From an uncultured Bacilli bacterium (GTDB lineage Bacteria > Bacillota_I > Bacilli_A > RF39 > UBA660): a DNA stretch of 64,000 nt. Under the pieces are notes generated by a model, which was not told the origin of the DNA, searched no databases, and saw nothing but the letters and a program-made list of their open reading frames with translations. Of this stretch, positions 46,204 to 59,042 are shown in pieces. Both the position numbers and the translations under genes were made by a program. Position 1 is the stretch's first letter, and every line of letters starts with the position of its first letter. Location of the stretch: positions 32,692-96,691 of the forward strand of contig CAKPFG010000002.1 in assembly GCA_934153675.1 (NCBI GenBank), read 5' to 3'.

Positions 46204-47154
46204 TTAATCATCTTCACGAAATTTAAGTCCCATGTCTTTAACTTTGTCTATTACCTCTTTTAAAGATTTTTTACCTAAATTACGAACTTTCATCATTTCT
46301 AACTCAGATTTAGCAGTTAAATCCCCTAAAGTATTAACACCTGCTCTTTTCAAACAATTATATGCTCTAACAGAAAAATCTAAATCATCAATTGAAGTTT
46401 CCAATTTTTTTAATTTAGTATCTTCTTGCTTAGCATTCATTATTCCTGTTACATCTGCTATTTCATTTAAATCAGTAATTATATTTAAATGTTCTATCAT
46501 AATTCTAGCTGCAAGAGCCATTGCTTCTTCAGGTCTAATTGATCCTTTAGTACTAATTTCCATAATTAATTTATCATAATTAGCATCTTGACCAATACGG
46601 GCATTTTCTACTTCATAACTTACCCTTTCAATTGGTGAATATATAGCATCAATAGCTATAAATCCTAATTCTTGATCTTCTAAATACTTTTTGTTTTCAT
46701 TTGAAGGAACATATCCTCTTCCATTAGCAACCAAAACTTCCATATTTAGCTTTCCACCTTTAGCTATTGTTGCAATAACTTGATTTTTATTTATTACTTC
46801 TACATCAGAATCTGTATCAATATCCCCAGCAGTTACAACGCCTTCTTTATCTGAAAATAATCTTAATTTTTTTATTTCAGTTGAATTATTTTTTAGAACA
46901 ACATTTTTTAAATTTAATACAATTGTAGTAACATCTTCTACAATTCCATCAAGAGTTTGAAATTCATGCATTACACCATCTATTTTAACAGCTATAATTG
47001 CACTACCAGGCATACTAGATAACATAATTCTTCTAAGTGCATTACCAAGCGTAGTTCCAAATCCTCTTTCAAGTGGTTCTAATTCAAATTTTCCATAGTG
47101 TTTGCTATCAACATATTCAGTTATTTTATATATTGGTTTTTCAAAATTTAACAT
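46204..47154 (-). CDS. rpoA: DNA-directed RNA polymerase subunit alpha
   Basis: 316 aa, NTD/CTD. Confidence 0.95.
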   Translation of the reverse strand: MLNFEKPIYKITEYVDSKHYGKFELEPLERGFGTTLGNALRRIMLSSMPGSAIIAVKIDGVMHEFQTLDGIVEDVTTIVLNLKNVVLKNNSTEIKKLRLFSDKEGVVTAGDIDTDSDVEVINKNQVIATIAKGGKLNMEVLVANGRGYVPSNENKKYLEDQELGFIAIDAIYSPIERVSYEVENARIGQDANYDKLIMEISTKGSIRPEEAMALAARIMIEHLNIITDLNEIADVTGIMNAKQEDTKLKKLETSIDDLDFSVRAYNCLKRAGVNTLGDLTAKSELEMMKVRNLGKKSLKEVIDKVKDMGLKFREDD

Positions 47155-47172
47155 TATATCACTCCTTTTTTA

Positions 47173-47556
47173 TTACCCACGTGGACGCTTTGGTGGACGA
47201 CATCCATTATGTGGAATTGGTGTAACATCAGTTATAGACGTAATTTCTAAACCTGCTGTTTGAAGTGAACGAATAGCTGTTTCTCTTCCTGATCCTAAAC
47301 CTTTTACATAAACCTCAACTTTTTTCATTCCCATATCTACTGCTGCTTTTCCTGCTGACTCTGCAGACATACCTGCAGCAAATGGAGTTGATTTTTTACT
47401 TCCTTTAAATCCTAACGTTCCGGCAGAAGCCCAACTTACTGCATTTCCATCCTTATCAGTAACTGTAACAATTGTGTTATTGAATGTTGAATGAATAAAA
47501 GCTTTTCCTTCTGGTACAGTTTTTTTAACTTTTCTTTTTCTTGCCTTGTAAGCCAT
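47173..47556 (-). CDS. rpsK: 30S ribosomal protein S11
   Basis: sequence family match. Confidence 0.95.
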   Translation of the reverse strand: MAYKARKRKVKKTVPEGKAFIHSTFNNTIVTVTDKDGNAVSWASAGTLGFKGSKKSTPFAAGMSAESAGKAAVDMGMKKVEVYVKGLGSGRETAIRSLQTAGLEITSITDVTPIPHNGCRPPKRPRG

Positions 47557-47577
47557 TGTTTAACCTCCTTTTAACAA

Positions 47578-47943
47578 CTATTTTTTCTTATTAGCAACTA
47601 CTTTTCCTTTACCTTTACGAGTTCTTGCGTTTCTATTTGTTCTTTGACCTCTTACTGGTAAACCCTTCTTATGACGAGTTCCTTGATAAGAATTAATTTC
47701 CATTTTTGTTTTGATGTTCATATTAACTTCGCGACGTAAATCTCCTTCAGTTAAATATTTATTTACTTCATCACGAATTGCAGATAATTCATCATGTGTT
47801 AAATTCCCTGCTTTTTTATTTACATCAATATTTGCATTTTTTAATATTGTTTTTGATAAACTTCTTCCTATACCATAAATATAAGTTAAAGAAATTTCTA
47901 TTCTCTTATTATCTGGTATATCTACACCTTTAATACGTGCCAT
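47578..47943 (-). CDS. rpsM: 30S ribosomal protein S13
   Basis: [14 protein letters not shown]. Confidence 0.95.
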   Translation of the reverse strand: MARIKGVDIPDNKRIEISLTYIYGIGRSLSKTILKNANIDVNKKAGNLTHDELSAIRDEVNKYLTEGDLRREVNMNIKTKMEINSYQGTRHKKGLPVRGQRTNRNARTRKGKGKVVANKKK

Positions 47944-47957
47944 AAAACACCTCCCTA

Positions 47958-48071
47958 TTAACCTTGTCTTTGCTTATGCTTAGGGTTTTCACAAATTACC
48001 ATTACTTTACCCTTACGTTTAATAACTTTGCATTTTTCACACATTTTTTTTACTGATGGTTTAACTTTCAT
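47958..48071 (-). CDS. rpmJ: 50S ribosomal protein L36 (not in ORF track; 37 aa)
   Basis: [37 protein letters not shown]. Confidence 0.9.
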   Translation of the reverse strand: MKVKPSVKKMCEKCKVIKRKGKVMVICENPKHKQRQG

Positions 48072-48082
48072 CTTTATACCTC

Positions 48083-48298
48083 CTACTTTCTATAGGTTAT
48101 ACGCCCACGTGTTAAGTCATAGGTAGATATTTCTACCATTACTCTATCACCAGCTAAGATACGAATCATATTCATTCGCATTTTACCTGAAACGTTGGCT
48201 TCGATTATATGTTTGTTGGCTAATTCTACTTTAAATTTATAGCCTGGCAACACTTCCAATACTTTTCCTTCCATTTCAATCACATCATCTTTTGCCAT
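48083..48298 (-). CDS. infA: Translation initiation factor IF-1
   Basis: [15 protein letters not shown]... Confidence 0.95.
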   Translation of the reverse strand: MAKDDVIEMEGKVLEVLPGYKFKVELANKHIIEANVSGKMRMNMIRILAGDRVMVEISTYDLTRGRITYRK

Positions 48299-48524
48299 CT
48301 TTTCACCTCGTTTAATATTGATACCTATTTTGATAATTAATACATATTTATTAAAGTGTAATTATGACAGATTATAAAAATATAATCTTTCAACAATCAA
48401 TATGTTGAAGTGCAATTACTATTCACTTTTTATTGGATAAGTATTTTTTACCATAGTTATTGTTTCAATTATAGTTATTTAGCAAGCATTAATATAACCA
48501 AATTGAAAATTTAAAGACACTCCT

Positions 48525-49184
48525 TTAAATAACTTTATTATTATTCAAAATTTTATTAATTTGATCATGTGTATAATACTTATTCAGATTACCATTAATA
48601 AAATAAGCTATAGATTTCTTTTTATAATAATCAATTAAAGGAGCTGTCTTTAAAAGATATTCATTATATCTTTCATCCAAAGTCATAACATTATCATCTG
48701 GTCTTTTAATTAACTCTATACCACAATCATCACATAAATTATTCTTTTTAGGTGTTAATGGTTTAAAATTAATATTATATACACGACCACATTTTGGACA
48801 AGATCTTCGTCCAATAATTCTTGATTTTGCTATTTCTTTGTCCATATCTATAACAAAAACATAAAGATTATCTAAATTATTATCTAGCATTTCATTATAT
48901 TTTTGAGCCTGGGATATATTTCTTGGAAATCCATCTAATATATACCCATTCTTACAATCATCATTTGCAATTCTTTCTTCAATCAACTTTATTACTATCT
49001 CATCACTAACAAAATCACCTTTTTCAATAGTTTTTTGTATTTCTTTTGAAAAAACATTATTTTTTTGTATTGCATTTCTTAATAAGTCACCTGTTGAAAT
49101 ATGCGGTATAGAATATTCTTGTTCAAGTAATTGAGCTTCTGTACCTTTACCAGCTGCAGGAGGAGCAAGTAAAATAATTCTCAT
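48525..49184 (-). CDS. adk: Adenylate kinase (zinc-lid type)
   Basis: GAGKGT P-loop; CPKCG...CDDCG lid. Confidence 0.95.
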   Translation of the reverse strand: MRIILLAPPAAGKGTEAQLLEQEYSIPHISTGDLLRNAIQKNNVFSKEIQKTIEKGDFVSDEIVIKLIEERIANDDCKNGYILDGFPRNISQAQKYNEMLDNNLDNLYVFVIDMDKEIAKSRIIGRRSCPKCGRVYNINFKPLTPKKNNLCDDCGIELIKRPDDNVMTLDERYNEYLLKTAPLIDYYKKKSIAYFINGNLNKYYTHDQINKILNNNKVI

Positions 49185-50449
49185 TAAATTCTGCGCCTTC
49201 TACTCTTTCTTCCATTTTCATATGTTCTACTTATTAAGCGACTTTCTAACTGTTTATATGTTTCAAGAGCAACACCAACTACAATTAAAAGTCCTGTTCC
49301 ACTAATAGATATAACGTTAGAAAGACTTGATATTTTTCCTAACAAGATTGGTAATGAAGCCAATATAGCTAAAAATATACCACCAACGATAGTAATTCTT
49401 TTTAAAACTTTACTTACATAATCAATAGTTTCCTTACCTGGACGAATACCAGGAATATAACCACCATTTTTATTTAAATTTTCCGCCATTTCTTTTGGCT
49501 TTATTTGCATAAATGTATAAAAATACGTAAATAAAATTATTAAGACTACATAAATTAGTAATCCTGTACTTGTTGTATAATTAATATACTTTGAAACTAT
49601 TAAAGTAAAAGTTTCATTTTTTACAAAACTAGCAATTATTTGTGGTATTGACAATATTGCTGATGCAAATATTACTGGAACAACACCAGCACTATTCAAT
49701 TTAAATGGAATATAGCTTTGATTTTCCATTGATACTGTAGATTTATTAGCATATTGAATCGGCAATCTTCTTTCCGCTGATTCAACATATATTACACCTA
49801 TTATAACAATTAAAAATACAATAATAAATAGGGCAAATAATAATATTCCAATAAATCCATTTGGTATCAACTCTGTCCACAAATTAACAAACATACTTGG
49901 TAATACATTTATAATACCAGCCATAATTATTAAAGACATTCCATTTCCTAGTCCTTTAATCGTGATTTGATCACCAATCCACATAAGTAAGGCTGTTCCT
50001 GCCGTTAATATTAATGCATAAAGCATATAATCCATTGCATTTCCATTAGAAATGTAAGCAAATGAATACATATACCCTTGAATAAAAGCCAAAATAATAC
50101 CAACAACTCTTGTAATTTGATTCAACTTACGTCTTCCAACACTTCCTTGTTTATTCAAATCAGATAAATAAGGTATAATATTTAAAATATCTGAAGATAA
50201 AAGTTGAATTATAATTTGAGCAGTAATATATGGAGTAACACTCAATGCAAATATTGAAGCGTTTTCAAATGCACCACCACTCATAGCATTTAAAATTTCA
50301 AAAAAATTTAAATTATTTGTTGCTATTTTAGCACCTGGAACAGTTATAGCCGTTCCTATTTTAAACACTAATAATGCCATTAATGTAAAAATTATTTTTT
50401 TTAGTAAATCTCTGTTTTTAGGACTGAATATTTGCTTAACGGTTGACAT
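49184..50449 (-). CDS. secY: Preprotein translocase subunit SecY
   Basis: 421 aa, 10 TM. Confidence 0.95.
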   Translation of the reverse strand: MSTVKQIFSPKNRDLLKKIIFTLMALLVFKIGTAITVPGAKIATNNLNFFEILNAMSGGAFENASIFALSVTPYITAQIIIQLLSSDILNIIPYLSDLNKQGSVGRRKLNQITRVVGIILAFIQGYMYSFAYISNGNAMDYMLYALILTAGTALLMWIGDQITIKGLGNGMSLIIMAGIINVLPSMFVNLWTELIPNGFIGILLFALFIIVFLIVIIGVIYVESAERRLPIQYANKSTVSMENQSYIPFKLNSAGVVPVIFASAILSIPQIIASFVKNETFTLIVSKYINYTTSTGLLIYVVLIILFTYFYTFMQIKPKEMAENLNKNGGYIPGIRPGKETIDYVSKVLKRITIVGGIFLAILASLPILLGKISSLSNVISISGTGLLIVVGVALETYKQLESRLISRTYENGRKSRRRRI

Positions 50450-50451
50450 TA

Positions 50452-50895
50452 TTACATCACCTCAGCTTTTCCACCCATTTTTTCTATTGCTTCTTTTGCT
50501 GTTAATGAGAATTTATGTGCTTTTACTGTTAATTTCTTTTCTAATTTACCATTACCAAGAACTTTAACACCACATTTTTGATTCTTTAAAATTCCCATGC
50601 TTTTTAATATTTCAGGAGTTACTATAGCCCCTTCTTCAAATTTATTTAAATCACTTAAATTAATTACAGCGTACTCTTTTTTAAATTTAGCATTTGAAAA
50701 ACCTCGTTTTGGTAAACGTCTGAACAAAGGTAATTGACCACCTTCAAAGCCAGGTCTAACACCACCACCACTACGAGCATTTTGTCCTTTATGTCCTTTA
50801 CCACTTGTTTTTCCTAAACCAGAGCCTGAACCACGTCCAACTCTTTTTTTACTTGAAAATGCCTTTTCATTAGGTTTCAATTCATGTAATTTCAT
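50452..50895 (-). CDS. rplO: 50S ribosomal protein L15
   Basis: family match. Confidence 0.95.
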   Translation of the reverse strand: MKLHELKPNEKAFSSKKRVGRGSGSGLGKTSGKGHKGQNARSGGGVRPGFEGGQLPLFRRLPKRGFSNAKFKKEYAVINLSDLNKFEEGAIVTPEILKSMGILKNQKCGVKVLGNGKLEKKLTVKAHKFSLTAKEAIEKMGGKAEVM

Positions 50896-50896
50896 A

Positions 50897-51520
50897 CTAT
50901 CTAATCTCCTCTACTTTTTTACCACGAAGACGAGCTACTTCTTCTACTGTCTTTTGTGCTTTTAAAGCATTTAATGTAGCATAGGCCATATTAATTTTTG
51001 TATTAGATCCAAGTGATTTTGATAATATATCTTTTATACCAGCCATTTCAAGTACTGAACGGACTGGTCCTCCAGCCTTAACTCCTGTACCTTTTGCAGC
51101 TGGTTTCAACATAACTTTACTAGCACCTTCAACACCAATTGCATCATGTGGTATAGTACGTTCATCAACTATAGATATTCTTACAACATTCTTAGTAGCG
51201 TTTTGAACTGCCTTTTTTATTGCATCTGGAACTTCATTAGCTTTTCCTGTTCCAAGACCTACTTTACCTTTTCTATCTCCAACTACTACAACGGCTGAAA
51301 AACGGAAATGACGTCCTCCTTTTGTTACTTTTGTAACACGACCTATAGATATTACATCTTCTTCATAAAGTTTTGGCTGTCTTTGACGATTTCTAGGACG
51401 TCTATCTCTTTTTTGACGAGGTTGTCTTTCAAATTTTTTATTTTGATTATCATGTGAACTTGTTTCTTTAACATTTGTTTTTGCAACTTGTTCAACATTT
51501 TCCATATTTTCTTTCATCAT
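50897..51520 (-). CDS. rpsE: 30S ribosomal protein S5 with about 45-aa basic N-terminal extension
   Basis: [23 protein letters not shown] core; Lys/Arg/Gln-rich N-terminal extension. Confidence 0.9.
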   Translation of the reverse strand: MMKENMENVEQVAKTNVKETSSHDNQNKKFERQPRQKRDRRPRNRQRQPKLYEEDVISIGRVTKVTKGGRHFRFSAVVVVGDRKGKVGLGTGKANEVPDAIKKAVQNATKNVVRISIVDERTIPHDAIGVEGASKVMLKPAAKGTGVKAGGPVRSVLEMAGIKDILSKSLGSNTKINMAYATLNALKAQKTVEEVARLRGKKVEEIR

Positions 51521-51530
51521 TTTCCTCCTA

Positions 51531-51893
51531 TTAGAATTCTAAGCCATTTTCACGTGCAGCTTCAGCCAAAGCCTTTACACGACCATGATATAGGTATCCA
51601 CCTCTATCAAATACAACTTTTGATATTTTTGCTTTTTTTGCTTTTTTAGCAAGCAATTCTCCTACTTTAGTTGCTGCTTCAACATTGCCACCATTAGTAA
51701 GTTTTAATTCTTTCTCTAATGATGATGCAGCAACTAAAGTAATACCAGCTTCATCATCAATAATTTGAGCAAAAATATTGTTGTTTGATCTAAAAACATT
51801 TAATCTAGGAACCAACTTTGTTCCAGATATTTTATTTCTTATACGATCGTGTCTTGCTATTCTAGCATCATTACGAACTACTTTTTTGATCAT
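51531..51893 (-). CDS. rplR: 50S ribosomal protein L18
   Basis: family match. Confidence 0.95.
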   Translation of the reverse strand: MIKKVVRNDARIARHDRIRNKISGTKLVPRLNVFRSNNNIFAQIIDDEAGITLVAASSLEKELKLTNGGNVEAATKVGELLAKKAKKAKISKVVFDRGGYLYHGRVKALAEAARENGLEF

Positions 51894-51911
51894 ATTTACT
51901 CTCCTCTCTTA

Positions 51912-52445
51912 TTATTTAGAAGCTTTCTTTCCTTCTTTGCGACGAATATGTTCATCTGCATAACGAATACCTTTTCCTTTATAAGGTTCTGGTTTTCTTA
52001 TTTCTCTAATTTCAGCTGCAAATTGTCCAACCTTTTGTTTATCAATACCTTTTACAAATAATTCAGTATTGCTTGGACTTTCTAATGTAATTCCTTCAAT
52101 TATTGGAACTACTACTGGATTTGAATAACCAGCTGAAACTACTAATTCATTTCCTTTTACTTGAAAACGATATCCAACACCAACTGCTTCAAGCTTTTTT
52201 GAATAACCTTCAGTTACACCAATTATCATATTATTGATATTTGCATTAGCAGTACCATGAAAATTTTTAAAAGAATCATTTTTTCTTGTTAACTTTACTT
52301 CATTTTCTAATATTTCAACATTGATGTTACTGTTAATTACAGTAGAAAGTTCTCCTTTTGGGCCTTTTACTGTAACAACATTATTATCTACTGAAACAGT
52401 TACACCTGTTGGTATATTAATTGTTCTATTTCCAACACGACTCAT
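51912..52445 (-). CDS. rplF: 50S ribosomal protein L6
   Basis: family match. Confidence 0.95.
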   Translation of the reverse strand: MSRVGNRTINIPTGVTVSVDNNVVTVKGPKGELSTVINSNINVEILENEVKLTRKNDSFKNFHGTANANINNMIIGVTEGYSKKLEAVGVGYRFQVKGNELVVSAGYSNPVVVPIIEGITLESPSNTELFVKGIDKQKVGQFAAEIREIRKPEPYKGKGIRYADEHIRRKEGKKASK

Positions 52446-52458
52446 AATATTTTCCTTT

Positions 52459-52851
52459 CTACCAAATGTAAGCTAAAACTTCTCCACCAAGTGAATTTTT
52501 TCTAGCATCTTTATCAGTCATCATACCTTTTGAAGTTGATATGATAGCTATACCAAGTCCACTTAATACAGTAGGAATTTCTTCAGCTTTTGCATAAACA
52601 CGTAAACCAGGTTTAGATATTCTTTTTAATCCTGTGATAACGCGTTGTTTGTCGCTATATTTTAAAGATAAAGTAATTATATCTTGAACATTATTTTTTT
52701 TAATTTTATAATCAGATATAAATCCTTCTTCTTTTAAAATTCTAGCTATTTCTATTTTTATTTTTGAAGCAGGTACTTCAACTTCTTTATATCGCATTTG
52801 ATTTGCATTACGAATGCGTGTAAGCATATCTGCGATTGGATCTGTTACCAT
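52459..52851 (-). CDS. rpsH: 30S ribosomal protein S8
   Basis: [17 protein letters not shown]. Confidence 0.95.
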   Translation of the reverse strand: MVTDPIADMLTRIRNANQMRYKEVEVPASKIKIEIARILKEEGFISDYKIKKNNVQDIITLSLKYSDKQRVITGLKRISKPGLRVYAKAEEIPTVLSGLGIAIISTSKGMMTDKDARKNSLGGEVLAYIW

Positions 52852-52865
52852 AACTTTCCTCCTTC

Positions 52866-53051
52866 TTACCAACTAGATTTTTTCATTCCTGGTATTTGTC
52901 CTTTATAAGCTAATTCTCTAAAACAAATTCTGCAAATGCCATACTTTTTTAATACAGCATGTGGACGACCACATCTATTACAACGTGTATATTTACGTAC
53001 TTCGAATTTAGGTTCACGACTAGCTTTTACCTTCATACTTTTCTTAGCCAT
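52866..53051 (-). CDS. rpsN: 30S ribosomal protein S14 type Z (zinc-binding)
   Basis: 61 aa, CxxC...CxxC. Confidence 0.95.
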   Translation of the reverse strand: MAKKSMKVKASREPKFEVRKYTRCNRCGRPHAVLKKYGICRICFRELAYKGQIPGMKKSSW

Positions 53052-53066
53052 ATTATCCTCCTAAGT

Positions 53067-53606
53067 TTATTTTTTAAATGGCATACCGAATCCCTTTAAA
53101 AGATCGTAAGCTTCTTCATTTGTTTTTGCTGTTGTAACAAAAACAATATCCATACCACGTACTTTAACAACTTTATCATATTCTATTTCTGGGAATATCA
53201 ATTGTTCTGTTAATCCTAAAGTATAATTACCTCTGCCATCAAACGCTTTATTAGATATACCTCTAAAGTCCCTAACACGTGGTATTGTTATGCAAATTAA
53301 TTTTTCTAAAAAGTTATACATTTTTTCACCACGTAATGTTACCTTACATCCAATTGCTTGACCTTGTCTCAACTTAAATCCAGCAATTGATTTTTTTGCT
53401 TTTGTTGCTACTGGCTTTTGCCCTGTAATAATGGAAAGATCAGCTAATGATGCTTCTAACATTTTAGAATTTGATGAAGCATCACCACATCCTATATTTA
53501 CAACAATTTTATCTAATTTAGGTACTTCATTTATATTTTTATAATTATACTTTTCTTTCAATTCAGGAACGATACTATTTTTATATTTTTCTTTTAGGCG
53601 GTTCAT
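53067..53606 (-). CDS. rplE: 50S ribosomal protein L5
   Basis: family match. Confidence 0.95.
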   Translation of the reverse strand: MNRLKEKYKNSIVPELKEKYNYKNINEVPKLDKIVVNIGCGDASSNSKMLEASLADLSIITGQKPVATKAKKSIAGFKLRQGQAIGCKVTLRGEKMYNFLEKLICITIPRVRDFRGISNKAFDGRGNYTLGLTEQLIFPEIEYDKVVKVRGMDIVFVTTAKTNEEAYDLLKGFGMPFKK

Positions 53607-53623
53607 ATATACCCTCCTTCCAA

Positions 53624-53932
53624 TTAATCAAGATTGGAATTAGATTTTTTACTAACTCTAATCTTCTTGCCATCTTTATTAGTAGAATGCCCTATTCTGG
53701 TAGGTTTCTTTGTTTTTGGATCAATAATCATTACGTTTGAAACGTGTATTGGAGCTTCAACTTCATTAATACTTCCAGTTGTTTGACCATTACCTTTAAC
53801 ATGTTTTTTTACAATATTAACATTTTCAACAACAACTTTGTTATCAGCTCTTAAAACGTTTAAGATTTTGCCCTCTTTTCCCTTATCCTTTCCAGCAATG
53901 ACAACTACTTTATCACCAGTTTTAAAGTTCAT
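53624..53932 (-). CDS. rplX: 50S ribosomal protein L24 (start after ggagga RBS)
   Basis: [20 protein letters not shown]. Confidence 0.93.
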   Translation of the reverse strand: MNFKTGDKVVVIAGKDKGKEGKILNVLRADNKVVVENVNIVKKHVKGNGQTTGSINEVEAPIHVSNVMIIDPKTKKPTRIGHSTNKDGKKIRVSKKSNSNLD

Positions 53933-53950
53933 TTTCATTCCTCCAAACAA

Positions 53951-54319
53951 CTATAACACTTCTTTAGCAAGTGATATAATTTTCATAAAATTTTGTTCAC
54001 GTAATTCACGTGCAACTGGTCCGAATACACGAGTTCCTACTGGACTTTTGTCATCTTTAATAATAACTGCGGCATTATCATCAAATTTAATATAAGAACC
54101 ATCAGCTCTTCTTAGACCAAACTTTGTTCTAACAACTACTGCTTTTACAACTTTTCCTTTTTGTACAGTACCGTTAGGAGTTGCCTTTTTTACGGTTGCA
54201 ACTACAATATCTCCAATATTTCCAGTCTTTACCTTACTGCCACCAAGAACACGAATTACAGATAATTCCTTAGCTCCTGAATTGTCAGCAACTTTTAAAC
54301 GACTTTCCTGTTGAATCAT
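53951..54319 (-). CDS. rplN: 50S ribosomal protein L14
   Basis: [18 protein letters not shown]. Confidence 0.95.
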   Translation of the reverse strand: MIQQESRLKVADNSGAKELSVIRVLGGSKVKTGNIGDIVVATVKKATPNGTVQKGKVVKAVVVRTKFGLRRADGSYIKFDDNAAVIIKDDKSPVGTRVFGPVARELREQNFMKIISLAKEVL

Positions 54320-54343
54320 AATTATCCTCCTATTCTTTGGCAA

Positions 54344-54604
54344 TTATAGTATAACTGCTTTTTCTATTACTTCTACTAAACGAAAATGTTTAGTCTTTGA
54401 TAAAGGTCTTACCTCAGCGATTCTTACTTTATCGCCTTTTTTTGCTTCATTTTTTTCATCATGTGCAGCATATTTTTTAGAATATTTAACTCTTTTACCA
54501 TATAATTTATCTTTTTTATATGTTTCTACTAAAACAGTAATTGTTTTATCATTTACATCACTAACTACTTTTCCAACTAATTCACGAGTTCTTTTTTCTT
54601 GCAT
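54344..54604 (-). CDS. rpsQ: 30S ribosomal protein S17
   Basis: family match. Confidence 0.95.
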   Translation of the reverse strand: MQEKRTRELVGKVVSDVNDKTITVLVETYKKDKLYGKRVKYSKKYAAHDEKNEAKKGDKVRIAEVRPLSKTKHFRLVEVIEKAVIL

Positions 54605-54612
54605 AATTCCTC

Positions 54613-54810
54613 CTATTTACTTGATAATTCACGTTCACGTACTATTGTTTTCATACGTGCAACTAACTTTCTTAGTTCATGTATTCTTGAAGGTTTCTCT
54701 AAAGATCCTGTTGCTTGTTGAAAACGTAAGTTAAATAATTCTTCTTTATATTCTTCTATCTTAGAAAGTATTTCTTCTGTAGATAATTCTCTTATTTCTT
54801 TATTAGTCAT
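54613..54810 (-). CDS. rpmC: 50S ribosomal protein L29
   Basis: family match. Confidence 0.95.
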   Translation of the reverse strand: MTNKEIRELSTEEILSKIEEYKEELFNLRFQQATGSLEKPSRIHELRKLVARMKTIVRERELSSK

Positions 54811-55231
54811 TATCTTTCACACCTTCCTTTTTTACAAATTTACATTTGATAGGAAGTTTATGCATAGCAAGTCTTAAAGCTTCACGAGCAATACTCTCTG
54901 ATACTTCTCCAATTTCAAACATAATTTTGCCTTCCTTAACAACTGCAACCCATGAATCATGAGCACCTTTACCTTTACCTTGACGAGTTTCTAGAGGTTT
55001 CTTTGTTAATGATAAATGAGGAAATATATTAATCCATACCTTTCCACCACGTTTCATATAACGAGTCATAGCAACCCTAGCAGCCTCTATTTGACGGTCA
55101 GTAATCCATGCACCTTCGCATGCCATAAGACCATATTCACCAAAGCTTAATTTTGTATTTCCTTTTGCTTTTCCTTCATAAGAAAGGCGATGAGGGCAAC
55201 GATATTTAGTTCTTTTTGGTATTACGGCCAT
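54803..55231 (-). CDS. rplP: 50S ribosomal protein L16 (start [11 protein letters not shown] after aagggagg RBS)
   Basis: family match. Confidence 0.95.
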   Translation of the reverse strand: MAVIPKRTKYRCPHRLSYEGKAKGNTKLSFGEYGLMACEGAWITDRQIEAARVAMTRYMKRGGKVWINIFPHLSLTKKPLETRQGKGKGAHDSWVAVVKEGKIMFEIGEVSESIAREALRLAMHKLPIKCKFVKKEGVKDND

Positions 55232-55883
55232 CTTTATTACCTCCCTTATTCTTAGCAGGTAAGATTTCTCCCTTACAAATCCATACTTTAACACCTATTT
55301 TTCCATAAGTAGTATTTGCTTCTTTATGTGCATAATCTATATCTGCTCTTAAAGTATGCAACGGAATAATTCCATCAGTATATCCCTCAGTACGAGCCAT
55401 ATCAGCTCCACCTAGACGACCAGACACTGAAGTTTTAATTCCTTTTGCACCTGCTTTCATTGTATTTCTAATTGCTCTTTTTTGTGCAATTCTAAATGAT
55501 ACACGTCCTTCTATTTGACGGGCTATATTTTCAGCCACTAATGCTGCATCTAGATCAGGATTCTTTATTTCTTTTATAGAAATTTGAATGTTTTCTGATA
55601 CTAATTTAGATATTTCTTTTTTCAATTTTTCAATTTCATCTCCACCATGACCTATTACTACACCAGGTTTTGCTGTGTTAATAATTATATTAGTCATTTT
55701 TGGATTTCTCTCAATAAGAATACTTGAAACTGATGCGTCTTTTAATCTTTTATCTAAAAACTTACGAATTTTAACATCTTTATCTAAATATTTAGCAAAG
55801 TTTTTGTTATCTGCAAACCATTTTGATTCCCAAGTTTTATTGATACCCATTCTAAGTCCTATAGGACTAACTTTTTGACCCAC
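55206..55883 (-). CDS. rpsC: 30S ribosomal protein S3
   Basis: [20 protein letters not shown]. Confidence 0.95.
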   Translation of the reverse strand: MGQKVSPIGLRMGINKTWESKWFADNKNFAKYLDKDVKIRKFLDKRLKDASVSSILIERNPKMTNIIINTAKPGVVIGHGGDEIEKLKKEISKLVSENIQISIKEIKNPDLDAALVAENIARQIEGRVSFRIAQKRAIRNTMKAGAKGIKTSVSGRLGGADMARTEGYTDGIIPLHTLRADIDYAHKEANTTYGKIGVKVWICKGEILPAKNKGGNKDGRNTKKN

Positions 55884-55903
55884 AAGTTTTCCTCCTTTAC
55901 AAA

Positions 55904-56239
55904 TTATTTTTCGTCACTTACAACTATCGTAATATGACTTGTCCTTTTTTTTATTGGATCTACGTGTCCACGAGAACCAAATTTCATTCTTTTTAATGTT
56001 TGACCTTCATTAACATATGCTTCTTTAACATATAATTTAGTTTTATCTAAACCTAAGTTGTTTAAAGCATTAGCTACAGCTGATGTTAATACCTTTTTAG
56101 TAAGTCTTGCAGCTTCACTATTGATATTACTAACTATTTCATCAGCTTGTGATAGGTCTTTGCCACGAATTAAATCTACAACTAAACGAGCTTTACGTGG
56201 TGGGATTCTAAGCCCTTTTGCAATTGCTCTTGCTTCCAT
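55904..56239 (-). CDS. rplV: 50S ribosomal protein L22
   Basis: family match. Confidence 0.95.
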   Translation of the reverse strand: MEARAIAKGLRIPPRKARLVVDLIRGKDLSQADEIVSNINSEAARLTKKVLTSAVANALNNLGLDKTKLYVKEAYVNEGQTLKRMKFGSRGHVDPIKKRTSHITIVVSDEK

Positions 56240-56259
56240 ACTATCTTCCTTCCTAGGTT

Positions 56260-56526
56260 TTATTTCTTATCTTGCCCATGACCACCAAATTTACGAGTAG
56301 CCACGAATTCTCCTAATTTATGTCCTACCATATCCTCAGTAACATATACTGGAACAAATTCTTTTCCATTATGAACAGCAAAGGTATTACCTACAAATTC
56401 AGGAAATATCGTTGAACGGCGAGACCATGTTTTAATAACTTCTTTCTTTTCAGAACTATTGATTTTTTTCACCTTTTTCATTAAACTTTCGTCAACAAAA
56501 GGTCCTTTTTTAATACTTCTTGCCAT
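56260..56526 (-). CDS. rpsS: 30S ribosomal protein S19
   Basis: family match. Confidence 0.95.
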   Translation of the reverse strand: MARSIKKGPFVDESLMKKVKKINSSEKKEVIKTWSRRSTIFPEFVGNTFAVHNGKEFVPVYVTEDMVGHKLGEFVATRKFGGHGQDKK

Positions 56527-56541
56527 AATTTCCTTCCTTTC

Positions 56542-57375
56542 CTATTTTTTACGACGACGTACTATTAAATCGTCAGAATATTTTTTACCTTTACGAGTTT
56601 TATAACCAAGTGCTGGTTTACCCCAAGGAGTAACTGGTCCTTTGCGTCCAATTGGTGCACGACCTTCACCACCACCATGAGGGTGATCATTAGGATTCAT
56701 AACTGAACCACGAACTGTAGGTCTAATACCCATATGTCTCTTGCGTCCAGCTTTTCCTAAATTTACTAATTCATGATCTTCATTTCCAACTTCACCGATT
56801 ACAGCACGACAAGTACTCAAGACTCTACGTACTTCTCCACTTGTTAAACGAAGTAAAGTGTATTTTCCTTCCGTACCTAATATTTGAACACTAGAACCTG
56901 CAGAACGAGCTATTTGAGCTCCTTTACCAGGTGTAAGTTCTATACAACAAACTATAGTACCATCTGGAATATTTTTAAGTGGTAAACAATTTCCAATTTT
57001 AATATCTGCTTTTTCTCCACTTTCAATTACATCTCCTAATTTTATACCTTTAGGAGCAATAATGTATTTTTTTTCTCCATCACTATATTTTATTAATGCA
57101 ATATGTGCTGATCTATTTGGATCGTATTCAATTGAAAAAACAGTTCCTTTGATATCATCTTTATTTCTTTTAAAATCAATAATACGATATTTTCTCTTAG
57201 CACCTCCGCCTTGATGTCTAACTGTTATCTTTCCTTGATTATTACGTCCACCATTTTTCTTTAATGGAACTAATAGTGATTTTTCTGGAGCCACTTTAGT
57301 TAAGCCACTATAATCTAAAGTGCTCATATTACGTCTACCATTAGTTGTTGGATTATAATTTATTATTGATGCCAT
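56542..57375 (-). CDS. rplB: 50S ribosomal protein L2
   Basis: family match. Confidence 0.95.
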   Translation of the reverse strand: MASIINYNPTTNGRRNMSTLDYSGLTKVAPEKSLLVPLKKNGGRNNQGKITVRHQGGGAKRKYRIIDFKRNKDDIKGTVFSIEYDPNRSAHIALIKYSDGEKKYIIAPKGIKLGDVIESGEKADIKIGNCLPLKNIPDGTIVCCIELTPGKGAQIARSAGSSVQILGTEGKYTLLRLTSGEVRRVLSTCRAVIGEVGNEDHELVNLGKAGRKRHMGIRPTVRGSVMNPNDHPHGGGEGRAPIGRKGPVTPWGKPALGYKTRKGKKYSDDLIVRRRKK

Positions 57376-57393
57376 ATGATTTCCTCCTTTAGA

Positions 57394-57675
57394 TTAATTA
57401 AGTTCAATAGAACTTCCTTCTTTTAATTTTACAATTGCTTTTTTAACTTTATTTGTATATCCAGAATAACGTCCAACTCTTTTTTTCTTAGGATGAACAT
57501 TTATTGTATTTACACTTTCAACCTTAACATTAAAGATTTTTTCAACAGCCTGTTTAATTTGAGTCTTATTTGCCTTTACATCGACACTAAAAGTAATAGT
57601 GTTATTGTTTTCATTTAAAGTTGCTGTTTTTTCAGTAATAATTGGAGCTTTTATAATATCTCTATAATTATTCAT
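57394..57675 (-). CDS. rplW: 50S ribosomal protein L23
   Basis: family match. Confidence 0.95.
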   Translation of the reverse strand: MNNYRDIIKAPIITEKTATLNENNNTITFSVDVKANKTQIKQAVEKIFNVKVESVNTINVHPKKKRVGRYSGYTNKVKKAIVKLKEGSSIELN

Positions 57676-58298
57676 TATGCTAAAGCCTCCTCTATAGTTT
57701 TAACAGCATCTAAATCAGCTATTAAAACATCGGCAGAAACAACATCAAGAGTATTAATCTCATTTGCTTTTAATAGTAATACATTATTCAAATTGCGTGA
57801 TGCAAGCACTACATTATCTGTTAATTCATTAACTACTATCAATACATTTCTTTCTGCCTTTAAATTATTTAAAATGTTTTTCATATCTTTTGTTTTACTA
57901 GATTCTAATTTTAATTGATCTAATAAGATTAATTCTTTATCTAAGACTTTATAAGATAAAGCACTTTTTAATGCTAATTTTCTTTCTTTACGATTCATTT
58001 TAGTAGCATAATTTTTAAATTGTTGTCCAAATGCTACCGCACCATGATACCAATGTGGTGCTCTAATAGAGCCTTGACGAGCACGTCCTGTCCCTTTTTG
58101 TTTCCAAGGTTTTCTACCACCACCAGAAACTTCAGATCTACCTTTTACACTAGCAGTTCCTTGACGGGCTGAATTTTGAGCTAATTTAATTGCATCATAC
58201 AAAACAGTATCATTTGGTTTAATTCCAAAAACTTCTTTATTTAATGTAATATCACTTACTTTTTCACCATTTATATTTAATACATCGATTTTTTTCAT
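57675..58298 (-). CDS. rplD: 50S ribosomal protein L4
   Basis: family match. Confidence 0.95.
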   Translation of the reverse strand: MKKIDVLNINGEKVSDITLNKEVFGIKPNDTVLYDAIKLAQNSARQGTASVKGRSEVSGGGRKPWKQKGTGRARQGSIRAPHWYHGAVAFGQQFKNYATKMNRKERKLALKSALSYKVLDKELILLDQLKLESSKTKDMKNILNNLKAERNVLIVVNELTDNVVLASRNLNNVLLLKANEINTLDVVSADVLIADLDAVKTIEEALA

Positions 58299-58315
58299 AT
58301 ATAGTATCCTCCCTA

Positions 58316-59029
58316 CTAATTTTCTTCCTTAGTAGCTTCTACCGCTGGTGTTTCAACAGGATTTTCCTTAGCATAAGAAACTAAGTTTTCCATCTCTACT
58401 GTTTTTGGATTTTTTACTGCAGTTTTAATTATTACAAGACCTTTTTTTGGTCCTGGAATATTTCCCTTAACTAATATTACATTATTTTCTTTATCAATAT
58501 CTACTACCATTAAATTTTGAATTGTTACAGTAAGTGTTCCCATATGACCTGGTAACGCTTTACCCTTGAAAACACGCATTGGTCTCATTGTACCCATTGA
58601 ACCTGGTCTTCTATGATAATGTGAACCATGTCCCATTGGTCCTCTACTTTGATTATGTCTTTTAATAACACCCTGAAATCCTTTACCTTTAGTAATTCCA
58701 GTAACATCAATGATTTCACCTTTTGCAAAAGTTTCAACTGTTAACTCTTGTCCTAAAGTATATTCATTTATATCTACACCCTTTATTTCCTTATAGAAGC
58801 GCTTAGGTGTAGTCTTTGCTTTGGCTGCATGACCAGCACTCGCTTTTGTCGCTAACTTTTCTCTCTTTGTATCAAATCCAAGTTGAATAGCTTCATATCC
58901 ATCATTTTCTTTTGTCTTAATTTGTGTTACCACATTAGGTTCTACTTCAACAACAGTTACAGGAATAAGCTTACCAGATTCTGTAAATACTTGAGTCATT
59001 CCAATTTTACGACCTAAGATTCCTTTCAT
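58316..59029 (-). CDS. rplC: 50S ribosomal protein L3
   Basis: family match. Confidence 0.95.
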   Translation of the reverse strand: MKGILGRKIGMTQVFTESGKLIPVTVVEVEPNVVTQIKTKENDGYEAIQLGFDTKREKLATKASAGHAAKAKTTPKRFYKEIKGVDINEYTLGQELTVETFAKGEIIDVTGITKGKGFQGVIKRHNQSRGPMGHGSHYHRRPGSMGTMRPMRVFKGKALPGHMGTLTVTIQNLMVVDIDKENNVILVKGNIPGPKKGLVIIKTAVKNPKTVEMENLVSYAKENPVETPAVEATKEEN

Positions 59030-59042
59030 ATATCCTCCTTAT

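Noticed and set aside
46232-56300. Plus-strand ORFs inside ribosomal protein genes (46232-46579, 51778-52061, 53838-54095, 55675-55878, 56058-56300)
   Set aside because: Antisense to highly conserved ribosomal/RNAP genes.
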